A stretch of DNA of 48,249 bases from a virus. This document shows positions 47,801 to 48,249 of the stretch, piece by piece. Below the pieces are notes generated by a model. It worked only from the letters and a program-made list of their open reading frames with translations. It ran no database searches and was not told the DNA's origin. The DNA is taken from UHGV virus genome UHGV-0268419; one strand, 5' to 3'. The translations under genes were made by a program, and so were the position numbers. The number at the start of each line of letters is the position of its first letter. Within the stretch, counting starts at the first letter, position 1.

Positions 47801-48249
47801 ATGTCCCGTTCCACGACCCGCTGTAGGTGTGGTTAACAGGGTCATAGTTGGACGGAACCAGCACCAGACGGCCGCCCATCTTGATGCTGATTGTCGGGAT
47901 GTTCTGGAACGATTTGGCGTCGAAGCTGACGAACAGTAGGGACGTCCACGGGTAACGAACGCGGGCGTCGACGATCTCGGTGACAGCCACGATCCCGGAG
48001 TTGAGCACGGTGGTATCAGACTTGCTGTCGTCAGTTAGGCGGGTAACGCGGATTTGCCAGCCAGCGCTGCTCTTCGGCAGGTCGATGCGGTGATCGCGTT
48101 CATAGTTGTCTTTCTGCTTGCCGTCGACAGCACCATTGAAGGCCACGGTGTAGACGCTGTCGCCGACTTTGCGGTATTCAATCCGGTACTCAATGCGTCC
48201 GCCTACGCGATCCCCGTCCTTCTGCTGGATGACCAGCCGGAAATTCATT
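38811..48249 (-). CDS. central tail fibre / host specificity protein J-like, C-terminal 3146 codons. The full gene is ~3267 aa and wraps to 1..365. It contains ≥7 coiled-coil/globular repeat modules.
   Basis: The core resembles lambda J (LVPSNYDP..YSGSWNGTFKQAW...NPAW). The C-terminal ~200 aa resemble the lambda J receptor-binding region. The intervening ~2000 aa consist of repeated ITSLQSTVTQQGNTLTSQGQAITSL-type helical segments alternating with beta-rich domains. Confidence 0.85.
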   Translation of the reverse strand, partial: MNFRLVIQQKDGDRVGGRIEYRIEYRKVGDSVYTVAFNGAVDGKQKDNYERDHRIDLPKSSAGWQIRVTRLTDDSKSDTTVLNSGIVAVTEIVDARVRYPWTSLLFVSFDAKSFQNIPTISIKMGGRLVLVPSNYDPVNHTYSGSWNGTFKQAWTDNPAWIVYDIILHKRFGIGRRIPSSFLNKWTMYSIAQRCDELVTNADGTQNRRYTCNVYIQKREHAWIVIRDLASIFNGMVSYSNMQLQFAQDAPAEVRHVVTNDDVVNGTFEYSYGSMANRRGIAMVTFDDPKAHYKTQTTVAQIKDLVERYGVEPLEVSGIGCTDEYEAQRRGLWALLSNTNDMQISYRVGLSGIKYLIGDVVGIANRYVQGGQFGGRVAGASGTTITSDRMISDHVAIGDRVIVRQAGSDGTYNRVINAIAADRMSFTVDGANLDIQSGEVFLLDTKVLAPELIRITKITYNEQDNNFTVTGLQYSHSKYLQVDTGARIEDRPTSLIPTGQVQAPANVVAEGYSIVNQGIRSANVNCSWFTVGQAVSYDIQVRRTSQSNGQWSQGWTNLASQSSTSVDLTNVLTGTYQFRVRSVSRDGGSSQWVESNQVFVDGKRGSIPAVAGLNGVGIVNGITWRWVTGTDDLIDMKSTELQFQRIDGNGAPVGGWIDLSVVTYPTGTFTQSGLKFSERVQVRARFVSSYSDAGEWSAPVMAMTSDNMDDYYQNIDDAIKGSDTYGELTSGIKDVSDSAQAAKDAAQAAQVTADGAVTTNQQQQQQLNNQLAEIQKNAQAITTTANAGAANASAIAQEILDRKAGDIANANKAAQDVADAIAKAETDDAEVAAQAAANLLATKNEVEAQISTTNTTMQDGFDSLAQQMASISAGTGEQFDSLAIWYFDNGPEGWASDDANTNLLTVDQDGWIYPAGAASTMRSPNPLAIDARSYKYMRLRMKRVGNPSWAGKLYWIGVDETGWTSGRSIAIPAPDFDPATGITVLSIPDLLWATSGTVRRLRFDFSNNQDANNYYAVDWLAVGRPTPGASQAQIQDLRTAMTSADSAEAAARNTLAVQLRGNYEGTDPSKLVTGIIFNERQTRVTAEQAIASDVNTLRTDYNANKASVTKRLDTLTSENQSQAQALTQLQSGLTDANGKITANSNAITSLQSTVTQQGNTLTSQGQAITSLKNTVTEIKIGAENILLGSDRTLNPLTMRSSATSFTSYDFQVPDTWKAKSISATTYFTLSVWFKKSNDYTMKDPFTSAVLGAASATGDSWSKRFYMSDGSIVEDGQYFRYRGTVTVAAGAVLFKNPNTLRIICEDKERTTGCVLYKIQLEEGNRGTDWGPNPDEVQGSINTANASATALNALTTRVTAAEGTISTNSQAITQLKGDVSTLQGQMATKAEASALQQLATTVTQQGNAISSQGQAITDLQNTAQNGKAKYWLTKIFDIKVNTGYVPKLTDLAGVPPLAVYEMADAAKLDFLPYGDYKIAYVKALVYVAADKTIAISPGSRIIDDTGRLYINGTEAASFSASTSTYSMDLKKGWNTLEFVVAQYTGQFYINFGLKLSDNVDQLFSGAGQLAAASASQVLSSQVEQTSGKVDANSAAIVTLNNSVRDINTALNNKADASALQSLTTRVTTAEGKITAHGNAITQLTSDLSTANGKISANSTAINNLTTRVSAAEGKIDSQAESITSINSSIKGVLTQAANLIPNPTVDPAYPQMGMNVVSTTSEGVPAGCPYPWAIKCQYRDHVPAMNNIPCREGQVFELSVLAACGTGTAPFQHYIGTSTLVSGSIGSPLANGGQISAATGAQWTRTTWRWKVNAAQGAKGYFRPFLQINQDGPNFGTVWYATDWQVRDVTAAATAEGKADANATAISQLTTRVTSAEGSITSQGQAITKLTSDLSTLTGIVNNKADASALNALTTRVSTAEGKIDSQGQSITQLSNSLSATDASIDAQGKIPGNLLANSSFERGPVNFTGWSSLATIITATQPHSGTKIVKMAAGGRAGISQAVEITQGRRYRFGVFTKQDAGTVINDTNNTKFRIADASGNLLAGTNYGPFTSEWQHVFMDWTATKTTNALFQLTTALSAGAMYFDDVYVVDITNDTKIQANADAITSLNTKVTQQGNDITSQGSAITQLNNSLKTVQYSNSNPWVDGSFESYDNQQAIGGSNGLVTTDFSFSGQKSLMCRRANGESGNSDKTFGNETAIRESAVYRFECWAMMPEDETPPNGWNCVVGLMVRNTANQNAWPSAFVITEAGLAAGGGRGQWVKFSGKLGLDGAKKTRGRLWISTRGTSGGPGYRIYIDDLVITDVTDAHAAQTTADANSSAINSLTSRVSAAEGQITSQADAITKLNGDVSTINGTLSQKADASAVTALQTRVTTTEGQIASQGSRVTSLENTLTVGDNIVPNSAMLNDAQGWGGHATTVDGYPAVIDTAAWSPTSPKFSVTPGDILDFSLLCLAGAAINGMAWGIRFDGPSMTNNSVYVEPLNYAAGEKKSVTGTITVPDGATTGYLQPYSRNAITLTIYNIKVTRRNAGTIANSNAITSLQSTVTQQGNTLTSQGQAITKLNSDLSTTKGDLAATNAEVAKKANATALTALTNRVTSAEGSITSQGQSITSLQNSITYGDNLVPNPGMLGDGQGWAKTGTETIDGYPAVYSTVSYNPTSGKFPVTAGETLDLAVSVMVNIAGEITVGLRFDGPSVSNQTAYATNRTMTAGEKYRFTLTGITVPAGCTTAYIQAGSHAATTRVSLYNPVVTRRGAGIQANAAAITSLNSTVTQQGKDITANTTAITGLTSRVGTAEASVNALNETTAANGLAMANGFQQLRAQIGDNQAAITQTSQAMVDLESSTAQQIGTIKASVDGMSSTVQQTSTAVADINGKLSAQWGVKVQTDNGGGNPRIAGIQLGIDASGSSQFLVQADTFAVYAGGSNKTFPFVVQNGVAYMQEALIRDGSITNAKIGNEIKSNNFVDGSQGWRIGKDGSSQFNNVIVRGRVEANSGIFKGTVQAESFIGDIATSASFNGFTVKGGEGSGTMNAWYQNRGYPMTITLNCTVRCNSYSGGVGDQSRDFYVVLTFNINGVQSTRRVVVDMRDKARGLVDVPQSFTVNIPASNDRIGISLTGASFGPQQSEVTVSNIVVTAFRSNNGSFGQ
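40572..40655 (-). repeat. intragenic DNA repeat copy 1 (82/84 nt identical to 44745-44828)
   Basis: ggtaatcgcctgaccctgagaggtcagtgtattgccctgctgggtgacagtcgattgcaggctggtgatcgcgttggagttcgc. Confidence 0.8.
44745..44828 (-). repeat. intragenic DNA repeat copy 2
   Basis: Near-identical to 40572-40655; encodes the same coiled-coil peptide. Confidence 0.8.

Noticed and set aside
38811-48249. Possibility that the repeated 24-30-aa units in J reflect a CRISPR-like or other non-coding repeat array
   Set aside because: The repeats are in frame within one long ORF, variable in length, and encode coiled-coil peptide repeats. There is no spacer-repeat periodicity.
1-48249. Search for integrase, excisionase, CI/Cro switch, partition or toxin-antitoxin modules that would indicate a prophage or plasmid-prophage
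   Set aside because: There is no tyrosine or serine recombinase-sized ORF with the relevant motifs, no long LexA-like repressor, and no ParA/ParB. Only a 67-aa XRE-like HTH and an 84-aa HTH protein are present, so a virulent lifestyle is inferred, with uncertainty.

Overview
The window is a complete, circularly permuted ~48.2 kb genome of a tailed siphophage with lambda-like tail genes. The giant central tail-fibre gene (J-like) runs off the 3' end of the window and continues in frame at position 1 on the minus strand, so the two ends join. No integrase, CI-type repressor, excisionase or partition genes were found, so this looks like a virulent, headful (pac)-packaging phage. Its layout is reminiscent of T1-like (Drexler-type) phages of Enterobacteriaceae, and structural genes are high GC.

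Gene order on the minus strand is TerS, a three-gene accessory cassette, TerL, portal, Mu-F head protein, scaffold, major capsid, connector and neck proteins, major tail, G and G-T frameshift chaperones, tape measure, M, L (with an insertion), then a terminator and promoter gap, K, I, and the >3260-aa J. A tail fibre with an S74 intramolecular chaperone domain follows J.

Between the two ends of the structural block lie two divergent early regions. One plus-strand block carries an AAA_25/RepA-like replication ATPase and about 15 small genes. A central minus-strand block carries an Mrr-like nuclease, a primase Zn-ribbon protein, Dam methylase, a holin, Rz/Rz1 spanins and a GH24 lysozyme. The other plus-strand block carries an SF2 helicase, a VRR-NUC nuclease, an AT-rich moron, an exonuclease, an Erf annealase, SSB and a small HTH regulator.

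The most notable observations are these:
- A promoter-to-terminator bracketed cassette (532-aa coiled-coil protein plus two small 2-TM proteins) sits between terS and terL.
- An iteron-like CCACCTGAAAT repeat family, with a 22-nt element shared by two distant intergenic regions, lies beside the rep gene.
- A thrice-repeated consensus promoter plus leader module occurs in the early regions.
- A family of AT-core palindromes overlaps several early promoters.
- Intrinsic terminators (attenuators) follow the capsid gene and the major tail gene and sit immediately before terL.
- The hyper-modular J protein contains near-identical internal DNA repeats.
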